Origin: an uncultured Nitrososphaerota archaeon
Lineage (GTDB): Archaea > Thermoproteota > Nitrososphaeria > Nitrososphaerales > CADDZS01
NCBI GenBank assembly: GCA_963799845.1
Contig: CAWCYI010000006.1
Span: 1,024,001 to 1,088,000, forward strand
DNA: 64,000 nucleotides
Direction of reading: 5' to 3'
The position numbers and the translations under genes were made by a program. How positions within the stretch are numbered: position 1 is the stretch's first letter; each line of letters opens with the position of its first letter. Of this stretch, positions 21,129 through 30,845 are shown piece by piece. The notes beneath the pieces were generated by a model. That model ran no database searches. It was not told the DNA's origin and saw only the letters and a list, made by a program, of their open reading frames with translations.

Positions 21129-21359
21129 TTGATGCCAGAAAATGGTAGAACGCGCTTGACAACCTTCCGATCGGAAACCGGGTTTTTTGTTTTCTACTCC
21201 GTACTCGGCTTTTGTTTTGTCTGCGTTCCCGTTGAAGCAATCGGGAAAGCTGTGGGCATGAGCATTGAAACTCTTCTCATCACGTTGCTGGCATTCACAA
21301 TCGGATCAGCAACGTTGCTCAGCATGAATTCGCACGCTGCAGCGAAAGAAGAACCATAA
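21129..21359 (+). CDS. Small two-TM hypothetical protein
   Basis: Two hydrophobic segments in 76 aa. Confidence 0.4.
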   Translation: MMPENGRTRLTTFRSETGFFVFYSVLGFCFVCVPVEAIGKAVGMSIETLLITLLAFTIGSATLLSMNSHAAAKEEP

Positions 21360-21559
21360 CGCCAAATGAAAGTTATACCATTAGAAGGATCCTTTGCGAA
21401 GTCTTCCGTGATGAAAATTGCTTCTCGTCGAGAAAGTCGATCACCGAAGCACTGTGTATGAGTAACTACTCAGCGACTAACATCGATTCGAGCGACAGAT
21501 GCATAAATAGGTAGAGCAAATTCTCTAAACTTTTTTCAGTCCTTTTAATACCAGTTCCC

Positions 21560-21770
21560 ATTGATTCATAAAGAAAAAAATTTTCTGCGTTTCTACACAC
21601 GTGAGCACATTTTAGCCGAAGAGCTGACGTTCAAGCTCTGTTCAATTGAAGCAGCTCAGAACTAGCACTGTAAGCTCAGAAGAGCTGACGGACAAGCTCG
21701 AAGACCTGATGAACGCTTCAGATGAAAGAGCTGAACCTAGTTCGGGGAAAGACCGCTTTCAAACCAAGCT
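21560..21770. repeat. AGCT-rich dispersed repeat, copy A
   Basis: 32-bp core 21615-21646 identical to 30508-30539. Confidence 0.85.
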
Positions 21771-21848
21771 ATGACCCTTTACAGGAACATTGCGATATTG
21801 ATGAATACAGGGCTAGTGCAACAAAATGCTGGAGGAACGCAGGAGAGG

Positions 21849-21989
21849 TTAGTGTCCCCTCGCCCTGGCTCTTGCCGCGGCCCTCCCGCCCTTTCTTGCT
21901 ACTTCTATCCGCTTTTCTTTTGACATTGCTGCGAAACCCGTCTTCAGTTTCTTACTCCCCGTCTGTCCACTCGCTTTCTTACTCTTCAT
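21849..21989 (-). CDS. KGG-motif stress protein (YciG/GsiB/CON-10-like), 46 aa
   Basis: Manual translation MKSKKASGQTGSKKLKTGFAAMSKEKRIEVARKGGRAAARARARGH. Confidence 0.8.
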   Translation of the reverse strand: MKSKKASGQTGSKKLKTGFAAMSKEKRIEVARKGGRAAARARARGH

Positions 21990-22095
21990 GGAGATTTATC
22001 GTGTGTAGCACAAACCGCCCTATTATTATCATATTTGGTTAGTACAGATTTGTTACACGAAGTTTTCTGAGCAGTAGTCTGGAAGGTCGATCCGG

Positions 22096-22605
22096 CTAGA
22101 TTATCAATTTCTGAATGACCAGCGCGGCTCTCACGGAAAGAATCAAAGAGGAAACTACGAAAGCAAGCTCATTCGTAATCAGATTTCCCAGGCCAATGAG
22201 GGCTATCCAATCGGCTGCCTGTCTCGTCCACCAATAATTTGGATAGGGATTGAAGTAAAGAGAGATCTCGAACAGAAAGATATTCAGACTCAGGAATAGA
22301 AAAACTGAATCCAATACAGTTCTCAGATTGAGGTTCTTATCGATTTTGAGAAGAACAAAACCAAGGGTAGCGAACATCAGAGCAATCGTAATGACGATTC
22401 CATCGATGAGCCCGTTGGGAATGAGGTGATGCATCCCAAATGCCGCAGCCGACCAGAAAACGGTCAATCCCGAAACGACAAGCGCGAGACCAATCTGCTT
22501 TTCCGCAGTGAAATCCATGTCGAGTTTTAGCATGCAGAAATTGAGAGAGACGCAGTACCCGAGTTTTTTTAAGAATTCGCTTTCCTTGCCCGGAATTGAG
22601 TTCAA
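22096..22605 (-). CDS. Hypothetical membrane protein
   Basis: About four hydrophobic helices; start uncertain. Confidence 0.6.
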   Translation of the reverse strand: MNSIPGKESEFLKKLGYCVSLNFCMLKLDMDFTAEKQIGLALVVSGLTVFWSAAAFGMHHLIPNGLIDGIVITIALMFATLGFVLLKIDKNLNLRTVLDSVFLFLSLNIFLFEISLYFNPYPNYWWTRQAADWIALIGLGNLITNELAFVVSSLILSVRAALVIQKLII

Positions 22606-22638
22606 AACATATTTTTGGAGAATTCAGGGAAAGCTGAC

Positions 22639-23541
22639 TCATCTCGTGACTAGAACTGAACTGTTCGCATAGTGGACAACGCCGTTAGCCACGCTTCCGA
22701 GGAGCACCTTCCTGAGGCCCCCAATCCCGCGCGTGCCAACTACGATTAGGTCGAACTTTCCCTCGTCGGCAAACTTGGTAATTGCCAAAACGGGGCTGCG
22801 ATTGTTGTCAATCACCTTCGTGGTTGCGATAACACCACTCTCCGTTGCTACCTTGCTCGCTTCGGAAACGATCCGCTCGCCATACTCTCTGAGATCGTCA
22901 TAGATTTTGTCTATCGTTGGCACCCATCCCATATACGCGACCGGCTGCATGTAGACGACATACGCGATTGTAAGATCTGCCCCCACGCTCTTTGCAATAC
23001 CGACCGCAAATTCGACGGCTTTGTTTGCGCTCTTAGATCCATCTGTTGCGACAAGTATTCGTCGCAGCTCTATCTGAATTTTGTAAACTCTCTTTCTAAC
23101 CACCAGAACGGGACAGGATGCGTGATTCAAGAGGTTTGTAGAGACGCTACCTAGGACCATTCTTCGAAACCCTCCCACACCTCTTGTTCCAGCAACCATG
23201 AGATCGACTTTCTCGTCGGTTGAGAAATCAATTAACGAGCCAGCGATTGAGTCCTTGGAGCGGAGAATCCTGGTCTTCGCCTCGATTCCCTGCTTGTTCA
23301 GCTGTGACTCCATCTTCAGGGCTTCGATGTTGGCCTTGTTTTCAATACTCGCTTCGTACTCCTCCCTAACGGGGGCCGTCAGGATAGTGATTGATGGCAG
23401 GACGTGTGCTATGATGACTTTGGACTTGTAACCTTTGGCTAGTATCGTCGCAAACGCGCAGGCTTCTTTCGAATTTGGAGATCCGTCAAAAGCAACCAGA
23501 ATCTTATGAAAATCTGTGAGCCCCATATTCTCTTCTCGCAC
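22639..23541 (-). CDS. Tandem universal stress protein (two UspA domains)
   Basis: KILVAFDGS and RILVATDGS; GTRG..G...LGSV twice; PVLVVR. Confidence 0.95.
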   Translation of the reverse strand: MREENMGLTDFHKILVAFDGSPNSKEACAFATILAKGYKSKVIIAHVLPSITILTAPVREEYEASIENKANIEALKMESQLNKQGIEAKTRILRSKDSIAGSLIDFSTDEKVDLMVAGTRGVGGFRRMVLGSVSTNLLNHASCPVLVVRKRVYKIQIELRRILVATDGSKSANKAVEFAVGIAKSVGADLTIAYVVYMQPVAYMGWVPTIDKIYDDLREYGERIVSEASKVATESGVIATTKVIDNNRSPVLAITKFADEGKFDLIVVGTRGIGGLRKVLLGSVANGVVHYANSSVLVTR

Positions 23542-23707
23542 CGAACAGCTGCAAACTATTCTTCAAATAAGTACTTAAGCAGATGATATGGTTCTCGAAA
23601 TCGAGAATAGTCAACTGGAATTGGAACGAGAGCATTATCACAGTTGAGAATCGTATCGCCTTGTTATATAACTCGCATTCGCTAAGATCAGTAAGCGAAA
23701 AGGAGAG

Positions 23708-24013
23708 TTGGATTCAATGGAAAAGACAGAGGTATATGAGGTTCCCAACGAAGAAGAGATCGAGAAGGATATGGAGGCGCTCGAGCAGGCACTTCCCTTC
23801 GAGGATTACGAAAAAGACCAGGAAAAACTGAGAAAGATCATTGGGCAACTTGAGAAACAGTACGATCAAAGAGAGAAGTGCATAGACCACATCATGAAAT
23901 ATGGCACCGGTATCGAAAGCGAGAAGGCTCTGAGAATGTTTTCAATTCCCGTTCTGGAAAAATGGGAAGATAGCTTGGAGAGCTTCCGCGCAGAGAAACT
24001 GATGAAAAAGTAG
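23708..24013 (+). CDS. Hypothetical acidic helical protein
   Basis: Natural composition, TTATATA box and GGAG upstream. Confidence 0.65.
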   Translation: MDSMEKTEVYEVPNEEEIEKDMEALEQALPFEDYEKDQEKLRKIIGQLEKQYDQREKCIDHIMKYGTGIESEKALRMFSIPVLEKWEDSLESFRAEKLMKK

Positions 24014-24076
24014 GCCCCTATTCCAATCTTTCTCTCAGTTTGAAATCAGAAGGGTAAGTGGAAATTCGGCTGAAAT

Positions 24077-25187
24077 TTAGATCTTGCCGAAGACCAAGTT
24101 GTTTATTCTGGACCAGATCTTCTGACCGGGCCCCTTCTTTGGTTTCGGCTTCTTTTCTTTCTTCGCCGCGCGCACGACCCACGTACTTCGCTCACCCCTG
24201 GATTTCGAGCGGCTGATCCTTTGCGACTCCAGGATGACGCTCGTCATCCCCAATACAACAGAAATCAGAAGCGCAAACCCGTAGTACAGAACAAATTCAA
24301 AGTCCGGCTTCAGCCCAGTCGCGCTCCACAATTCCAAGTGAACGAAAGCCATTACCGCGCATGCGCTCAGCATTCCCACAGAAGGAATGCCAAAGAAAAT
24401 AACCGGGTATTTCAGAGCAATCAGACTCGTAATTCGATCTAGCATCGGTTCCGCGCTTTTTTCCCTCACAGTTACTTGCGGAGACTCAAGGGCGTCGATC
24501 CTCGGATATTCTTTGACCCTGAGCCCCTGCTGGTCCGCGAATTCGAGAACATCGCTTTCTCCTACCACGCTCGTCGTACCGGGAGGTGCGATCATCGCAA
24601 GCGCTCTCTTTCCATATACCCTCAGGAGCGATTCGGGATCGCTCAGACCGGCAGCCGCTCCGGAATCTCTAACGGAATCAATGACTCTGGAACCAATAGC
24701 GATGTCACAATCTCCGCTGCGTACAGCTTTAAGCAGAGTTTCCAAATCTTCAATCTTATAACAGGCACCGGTCTCGAGGGTTATCATCTCGCCTGCCCTC
24801 AGCCTTCTTGCCGCAAGAAAAAGTGAGGTGATGCAATCCGATCTGCCGAGCATCCTCGGATGTTTTATTACCTTGCACCCAAGTGCCCTTGCAATATCTT
24901 CGGTCGAATCCGTAGATCCATCATCGCAGATCACAACATCTCCGAGCCCTGAGAGCTTGACTATCGTCTTGGCAATCGAATCCTCCTCGTTGTGGGTCGG
25001 TATCCCGATGATTATTCTCGATTCCTGAATTCCAGGCTTTGAATCATGCCGTGCGCTATTTCTGAAAGCCGGATCCTGTTCTCAGCTGCTGTTGCGAAAG
25101 AATGGCAGTCTTCTGAGGCCCGTCCTCCGAATCCGTGCTACTTGATTCTTTCCGCCAAAAGAATTTGCCCGATGGAGATTCCGACAA
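24077..25187 (-). CDS. Glycosyltransferase family 2 protein with C-terminal TM helices
   Basis: IGIPTHNEEDSI and VICDDGSTD read in frame upstream of the listed start; removing one base at TCAGCT 25082-25087 links to a TTG at 25187. Confidence 0.8.
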
Positions 25188-25402
25188 AATGCTAAATCTT
25201 AGATTAAACGGCCCATTCCGAAAATATCTACTTGCCGGAATAACAATTATTCTTGGCATCGGAACGCGTTCGAGAGATAGATTAGTGATCTGATTTGGTA
25301 GGAAGGATTGGGAAATCAGATAACGACAGTTGCTTTTGCTAAAATCTGATGGAAGAAACTTCCAAGAGAATCGGATCTTCAGTCGAACAGAAATGATCTT
25401 CA

Positions 25403-26407
25403 TTGCAAAAGCTATTTCCAGGCCAGCAATGCATAATTAAATCGGATATACCGTCTTTGGATACATTGCCGTCCCCAAAGGCCATGGGCCTTGTCCTGGC
25501 ATTGATCATCGTTGGTATCACGGCAGGTGCTCTTCTTGTGAGTTCTGGCGTCGCAACGCCGGGATCTTCCACGGGATTGAGTTCCGAACCACAAGCAGAA
25601 ACTTCTGTCGTTATTCAGACGGTCGACCTAACTCAGACATATTCGGTGACCACAACAATACCAGATGTCGGCAGCTCCACGGTCACGGTTACCACTTCAT
25701 CCACTGCTCTAAATTATTCTCAAACGACTGTTCGAGTGTACCTCTCGAATTTTTCGACTGACGTCGTCACCGCTAGCTCCGTCTCGTATGTAACAAGCAC
25801 GATCTATTCCATCGGCCAACAATATTCGTACGTGACAAAAACTGTAGGGACAACCAGTCTTACAACGACTATCACCGTCAACTCCGGCTCTGCTCTAACG
25901 ACCGTAACTGCGACAACCACCCCTACGGTAACATCGACAGAATTTTCGACGGTCACTGTCTCCACCGGTACGTTGACTGGAAGCACCACTGTGTTTTCTA
26001 CGACTACAGTACCTGGTGCAACATCCACGACTACCATTGTGATTCCTGGGACTACGGTAACTCAAACTACGGATATCCCCGGTACTTCCACTACTGTTAC
26101 TCATTTTGTTACCTCGACCATCTCCGGTCCAACGAGCACTGTAAGCGAGACGATAACTAGCAGTCTACCGGGAATTTCGACGACCATCGTCGAGACAATT
26201 ACCACAACTATTCCAAGCAGCACGACGATCACCGAAACCCTTCCCGGTACGACCGAAACAACAACTTCGATTGGCTCGACGACTCTGACCTTCACGACTA
26301 CGCTCCCTGGAACAGACTCGACGGAAACTACCACGATCACGGTTCCCATAACCACCACCGAAACTGATACCGTAACAACGACGGAAACTTGCACGACTTC
26401 ATGTTAA
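25403..26407 (+). CDS. Thr/Ser-rich membrane-anchored surface protein
   Basis: N-terminal TM (MGLVLALIIVGITAGALLV) followed by about 270 aa rich in T/S/V with recurring PGT motifs; start likely downstream of 25403. Confidence 0.8.
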   Translation: MQKLFPGQQCIIKSDIPSLDTLPSPKAMGLVLALIIVGITAGALLVSSGVATPGSSTGLSSEPQAETSVVIQTVDLTQTYSVTTTIPDVGSSTVTVTTSSTALNYSQTTVRVYLSNFSTDVVTASSVSYVTSTIYSIGQQYSYVTKTVGTTSLTTTITVNSGSALTTVTATTTPTVTSTEFSTVTVSTGTLTGSTTVFSTTTVPGATSTTTIVIPGTTVTQTTDIPGTSTTVTHFVTSTISGPTSTVSETITSSLPGISTTIVETITTTIPSSTTITETLPGTTETTTSIGSTTLTFTTTLPGTDSTETTTITVPITTTETDTVTTTETCTTSC

Positions 26408-26594
26408 TAGGCCTGGCTTTCGTCTAGAGCATATCGTTGATTCAGTCTCTTATTGGTGCGAACACAAGGCGACTGGAAACGGTCTAGATCCAATTAAACG
26501 AGGGCCGCGCTAGGAATTCATCTCGGTCAGGTAATAGAACAAAAATCAGTTCTATCTTAAATAACTGAAAAGACCCGCAAGTTCCCGAATAGTG

Positions 26595-26717
26595 ATGTCC
26601 GAGAACGACGAGGAAAAAGCCGAGGACGAGTGGGAAGAAAAAATCGCGAAAAAGCCACCACTTCCGAAGAAGCTCGGGAAAGCGAAAAAGGACGATTCCA
26701 ACGAAGAAGTTGGCTAG
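26595..26717 (+). CDS. 40-aa highly charged microprotein
   Basis: MSENDEEKAEDEWEEKIAKKPPLPKKLGKAKKDDSNEEVG behind a CTTAAATA box. Confidence 0.5.
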   Translation: MSENDEEKAEDEWEEKIAKKPPLPKKLGKAKKDDSNEEVG

Positions 26718-26789
26718 TTTTCATTCCCTCTCAAGGAATCAAAGGGAGCATGGAATATTTCGTCTAACTCAGAAAAAAATCGAATAACT

Positions 26790-26978
26790 TTGACCGTCAA
26801 ATGCCCTGTCAAAGAATGCACTCAAAGCTATCCCGTATATTCCTACTCTTTAGCGTACCACATTCATCAAGATCACAAGCTGGCAAACGCGAAAATAAAA
26901 ATCCGCTTTAATTCCAAAAACGAAGCCTACGCCGAATTACACCAACAACCGAATTTTGACAGTGAGAAATTTGACTGA
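26790..26978 (+). CDS. Small C2H2-type zinc-finger protein
   Basis: CPVKEC...LAYHIHQDH. Confidence 0.55.
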   Translation: MTVKCPVKECTQSYPVYSYSLAYHIHQDHKLANAKIKIRFNSKNEAYAELHQQPNFDSEKFD

Positions 26979-27074
26979 AACGACGAAGATTTGACTGAAC
27001 CATAAATTTCCGTCGTCTTGCGGTCGCGCAGGTCTTTTTAGCGTGCCCGTGAACCAGCTTTACTTCCTAAAGCC

Positions 27075-27170
27075 ATTGATTTATTTTCATTGATATATTA
27101 TGCGATTTTCTCCTTTTTCTACACGGAGGCGCAATTCTGCGTACCGAAGAGCTCGTTTCAAGCTCTGTTG
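27075..27170. repeat. AGCT-rich dispersed repeat, copy C (diverged)
   Basis: CCGAAGAGCTCGTTTCAAGCTCTGTT at 27144-27169 preceded by TTTCTACAC as in copy A. Confidence 0.7.
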
Positions 27171-27200
27171 GCCGCTAACAGCTTGATTTTGGGACTTCTA

Positions 27201-28324
27201 ACCTGGCCGACATAAGTTCATAGACACCTGTTGGTCAGAAGGAATTTCTTCATGTCAAGATGCGAGCAAAACCTTCGCGTTCGATAGTATTCTGCCAGGA
27301 TTGATTTCAGTTCTTTCAATGACGTCGGAAAGGTTGGAAGCCTTGAGAGATCCTTCTCACCCTCGCGCCAACACTCCTCCATCATGTTGAACTCTGGCGA
27401 AGCTGTCGGGATCCATCTGACTCTGAGAGTCTTCCTGTTCTTACCCAAATAATCAGTTACGATCCTGGTTTTGTGGTGTTGCCTTGCTTTGTCAAGGAAG
27501 AGATAGAGTGATCCAAACTTCCTGTGCACCTTCTTCAGGTAGTCGAGGAATGTCTCGCCATTGAATTTCTCGTACTGCCTGAAGATTTGTGTCCCGTCCA
27601 GGCTGATCGCTCCAAACACCACGGTGTTGCCGTGCGAGCCTGACACAATCCGAATCGGTCGAATCCCTTTGACCGCCCACACCCTTTTGGTTTCTATGTT
27701 CTGGACGAAGATTGATTCGTCTTCGGATGCTACGGTGAAGCCTTCCGGGATATTCCTGAGGAGTCTTGCGGTCCTTTTTTAAATTCGAGCCTCTCTTCGA
27801 GGGAAGCCTTGTGAAGTAACCTCTTGTCAGGGACAATTGCTCTCACTCCCCACTTCTGCATCAACCTGTAGATGTGTCTCTCAGTGTATGCCACGTCTGC
27901 TTCCTTGCGGATCATCTCCCTGACCTCCTTCACGGTCCAGCCGCATTCGTTCTTCACGACCTTCCTCTTCACCGCAATGAACTTGTTGTGATCGAGCTTC
28001 GGAGGTCTCCCGCTCCTTTCCATCGTCTTGAGTCCTTCTAGCCCATCTTTCTCGAAACGTCTAAGCCACGGTGTCGTCCATGATTTGTGCCGGTGAACTT
28101 CCCTTGCTACGTGCGACGCCGGGACACCCTCGTACTTGACCTTCAGAACGAGGAATATCCTCTTGCTTACGTTTGCGTCCCTCTCCTCTCTATAAGCCTC
28201 TTCAACAATCTCCTTCGGTGCCTGTAATCGAGACATACAACCTGAGATAGGAAGGGAAGTTGGCCAAAAATGAGAATGTCTAGGTCTGTGGCCCTTTCAG
28301 TCTAATAATTTATGTCGGCCAGGT
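27201..28324 (-). mobile_element. IS630 family insertion sequence, complete
   Basis: 15-bp perfect terminal IRs ACCTGGCCGACATAA (27201-27215, 28310-28324); TA duplication at 27199-27200 and 28325-28326 within a CTAG target. Confidence 0.95.
27218..28236 (-). CDS. IS630 transposase in two ORFs joined by a -1 shift
   Basis: OrfA HTH (SGRPPKL, WTVKEV); OrfB DDE (SEDES, FLDKARQH, SPEFNMMEECW); A6 run TTTAAAAAAGG at about 27773-27783. Confidence 0.92.
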
Positions 28325-28420
28325 TAGCAAGAGGTCATGAGTTTGAAAGTTACTTTTGAAAATCACTGGGCTACGCAGGTCTCTTGTTTGCACCTAAAAA
28401 TCCATGGAGAGGAAGTCCGC

Positions 28421-29014
28421 CTACACCCTAGTAATTGAGGAGATCCAAGCGCGCCCTCCATCCTTATGGAAGTTGGTTTCGAAGCGAGCATCTTTGATGT
28501 AATTTATCGACCAACCCCCGGAAAAGCTCTCTTCAATTTCTAGTCTAGTGACCCGCCTTGGTCCTCCCCAGCTTAAAGGTTCAAGATCGCTGAAACAAAG
28601 CATGAAGTATTTTCCATTCACAGTAAGGACGGATCGAATGCTCCTTACGAATTTTCGACGCTGGATATCCGTGAATGTGTGAAACAGCCCGCAGTCGATC
28701 GCGTTGTCAAAACTCCTCCTCAATTCTGAAAGATCAAGTGCGTCCGCAGTTTCGAAGGTCACGTGCTTGATTTCGCGCTCTCTTGCTTTCTCCTTGGCTT
28801 TCTGTATCGCCCTCGTCGATGAATCCACACCGACGACGTCGTGCCCACGAGATGCGAAAAAAAGCGAATTCTCTCCGGTTCCGCAGCCAACATCCAGCAC
28901 CGAGCCTTTGACTTCGCCATTCCGTTCCAGCAGCACAAATTCCCTTTGAGGGCGGCCGATGTCCCAGGGAGGAGTGCCTCTGTAGGACTCGTCAAATTCG
29001 TTCGTTGCTTGAAT
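28421..29014 (-). CDS. Class I SAM-dependent methyltransferase
   Basis: VLDVGCGTG, GVDSS, DCGLFH; conserved PPWDIGRPQ lies in frame upstream of the listed GTG. Confidence 0.9.
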   Translation of the reverse strand: MQATNEFDESYRGTPPWDIGRPQREFVLLERNGEVKGSVLDVGCGTGENSLFFASRGHDVVGVDSSTRAIQKAKEKAREREIKHVTFETADALDLSELRRSFDNAIDCGLFHTFTDIQRRKFVRSIRSVLTVNGKYFMLCFSDLEPLSWGGPRRVTRLEIEESFSGGWSINYIKDARFETNFHKDGGRAWISSITRV

Positions 29015-29176
29015 CTCCCGAGATCGTTATGAGGGCTTCATCATGAAAATGTTTGGGCGAGAACTTGAAACGAAAAAAGAAGCCAAAACTAGTTAGGAAT
29101 GAGCCAAATCTGGAGACTTCTGTTTCTCATTTTCCAGAATCGGAAACTGCTTTGCTGAATTTTTTGCACTCTTGCA

Positions 29177-29254
29177 ATTTTAACTGATCGAAACAGCATT
29201 TCAATTTTCGAAACATGCCGGAGCTCGATACTATTTTTGGCGATCAGTTAAAAT
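29177..29254. promoter_or_regulatory. 14-bp perfect inverted repeat in divergent intergenic region
   Basis: ATTTTAACTGATCG (29177-29190) and CGATCAGTTAAAAT (29241-29254). Confidence 0.6.
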
Positions 29255-29273
29255 CGTTGAGAAAAGAGTTAAT

Positions 29274-29477
29274 TTGTGTGATCTTGAATTGTGCATGAAC
29301 CCGTCAGCGGTCAATCCCCGAAACGTGTCAGAAATCAGCTCAGCGCTTGAATCTCATCAGTGGGAAACCAAGAGTGCAGACAAGAGTCCGCTGGGAATAA
29401 TATCAAGGTTCGCGTGCGCAAATTGCGGCGACGAGTATGTAGCTGATGCTAACTTCAAGAAGAAACCTCGAAGATAA
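29274..29477 (+). CDS. Small hypothetical protein with H...CxxC motif
   Basis: HQWE...RFACANCG. Confidence 0.45.
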   Translation: MCDLELCMNPSAVNPRNVSEISSALESHQWETKSADKSPLGIISRFACANCGDEYVADANFKKKPRR

Positions 29478-29540
29478 GACTGCCCAACTCGAAGTGAGCG
29501 CCGAGAATGTTGTCTTGAGTTAGGTTCTCGAACGTCTCAT

Positions 29541-30140
29541 TTGCTTCGCGGAGCGAAAAATACTTTTTATCCTAGTTGTTTTTGCTCTAACGACGAATTG
29601 AATTCTATAACTCTCGCAAGGATAAGCGGAATACTGTTACTGGGCGTTTTCTTGGTAAACATCTATCTTGGATTTTACGATTCAAACCTTCGGACGTTCA
29701 ATCCGACTCACTACGACTTGAACTGGCTGATCGCAATCGTCTCGCTGGTAGCCGCTTTAATTCTAATCCTGAGACCCAGGTCTAAGACATGGCTGACTCT
29801 CGGAGGAATAATCTGGCCGGTCGTCTACGTACTCTCCCTGGGCGTCGATGTCGAAACGAAACTCTGTTCGGGCGCCCCTTCAAGTTCCTGCTGGCCCAGC
29901 CACACGGCGGCGTTCGACTACTTGGTACTGAATTATTCGAGCATCCCAAACGCCGCAGGCTATGGTTGGAAGCTGGCCCCAGTCATGCCAGTCGCAATCG
30001 CGTTGCTAGCTCTCGTCTTCATACTCTCGTTGATAGCGGTCAACTCGATGAGAAAGCCGGCTCGTAAGCTCCCCTTTCAGCCGAGCGGATCGGAAACGTC
30101 TTCCGGCAGTGATCAAGCTCCGAGCAATTCCCAACCATGA
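29541..30140 (+). CDS. Hypothetical four-TM membrane protein
   Basis: Four hydrophobic helices, Cys pair in a loop; start likely TTG near 29598. Confidence 0.7.
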   Translation: MLRGAKNTFYPSCFCSNDELNSITLARISGILLLGVFLVNIYLGFYDSNLRTFNPTHYDLNWLIAIVSLVAALILILRPRSKTWLTLGGIIWPVVYVLSLGVDVETKLCSGAPSSSCWPSHTAAFDYLVLNYSSIPNAAGYGWKLAPVMPVAIALLALVFILSLIAVNSMRKPARKLPFQPSGSETSSGSDQAPSNSQP

Positions 30141-30349
30141 AAGAGAATAGACTTCCTTAAGATTTTTATTGCGAGTGCGTTACCTTGTTCATCTCGAAAT
30201 GCTCGATACCAAAATTTCGATCAAGTGGAGATGCCCCGCGTGCGAACGAAGCTTTGTAGACGACGATCCGTTGAGGCTTCATTTCCGGGCAAAACTCCAC
30301 ATCGAGGTGCACGCCGCGATGGAAGATCTGATCTAATTTCTGAAATAAA

Positions 30350-30610
30350 AAATGACAGCTCTTGTCTGGGCTAGCGAAGAATTGTAGATTTTTTGGATTC
30401 CGCGGAGCTTGGAAAGTACAATAAAGCTCTCCAGATAATATGCTAGCTCTCAATTGATTCTCATATAGAATTTTTTTTCTGTGTTTCACACGCGGGCATG
30501 CTTTTTGGCCGAAGAGCTGACGTTCAAGCTCTGTTCAATGCGTTCAGCTCGTTTCAAGCTCTTCTGAGCTTACAGAGCTCGAAACGTCGAGTTCAATTCT
30601 TAGCTCTTTA
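30350..30610. repeat. AGCT-rich dispersed repeat, copy B
   Basis: 32-bp core identical to copy A, 17 bp shared with copy C, 19 bp inverted relative to copy A. Confidence 0.85.
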
Positions 30611-30845
30611 GTTTTTCTGGAGCGACCTAAGATCTAATCAATCCAGTACAGGGCGGATGCGTCGTGTTTGAAAGTAGTGTTGCATTTTGGGCATGTTTCC
30701 TCCATTTCGCCACCGATTATCGGATTCGTTCTAAACATCTGCTCGGTCTTCGATTGTATCGACGTCGATTGAAAGCTCATTTTGCAATTTGGGCAATCAA
30801 TCATTACTGGCAAAAACTACTTACACCAAGGAATTTGAAAATTAA

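Noticed and set aside
21615-21646. ORB origin elements or SegB-type centromere sites
   Set aside because: No ORB-like TTCCAGTGGAAA plus G-string, no cdc6/orc1 or segAB nearby; resemblance is limited to GAAGAG
25804-26394. Val-rich minus-strand ORFs (also 50647-50964 and 56089-56484)
   Set aside because: Antisense shadows of Thr/Ser-rich coding sequence
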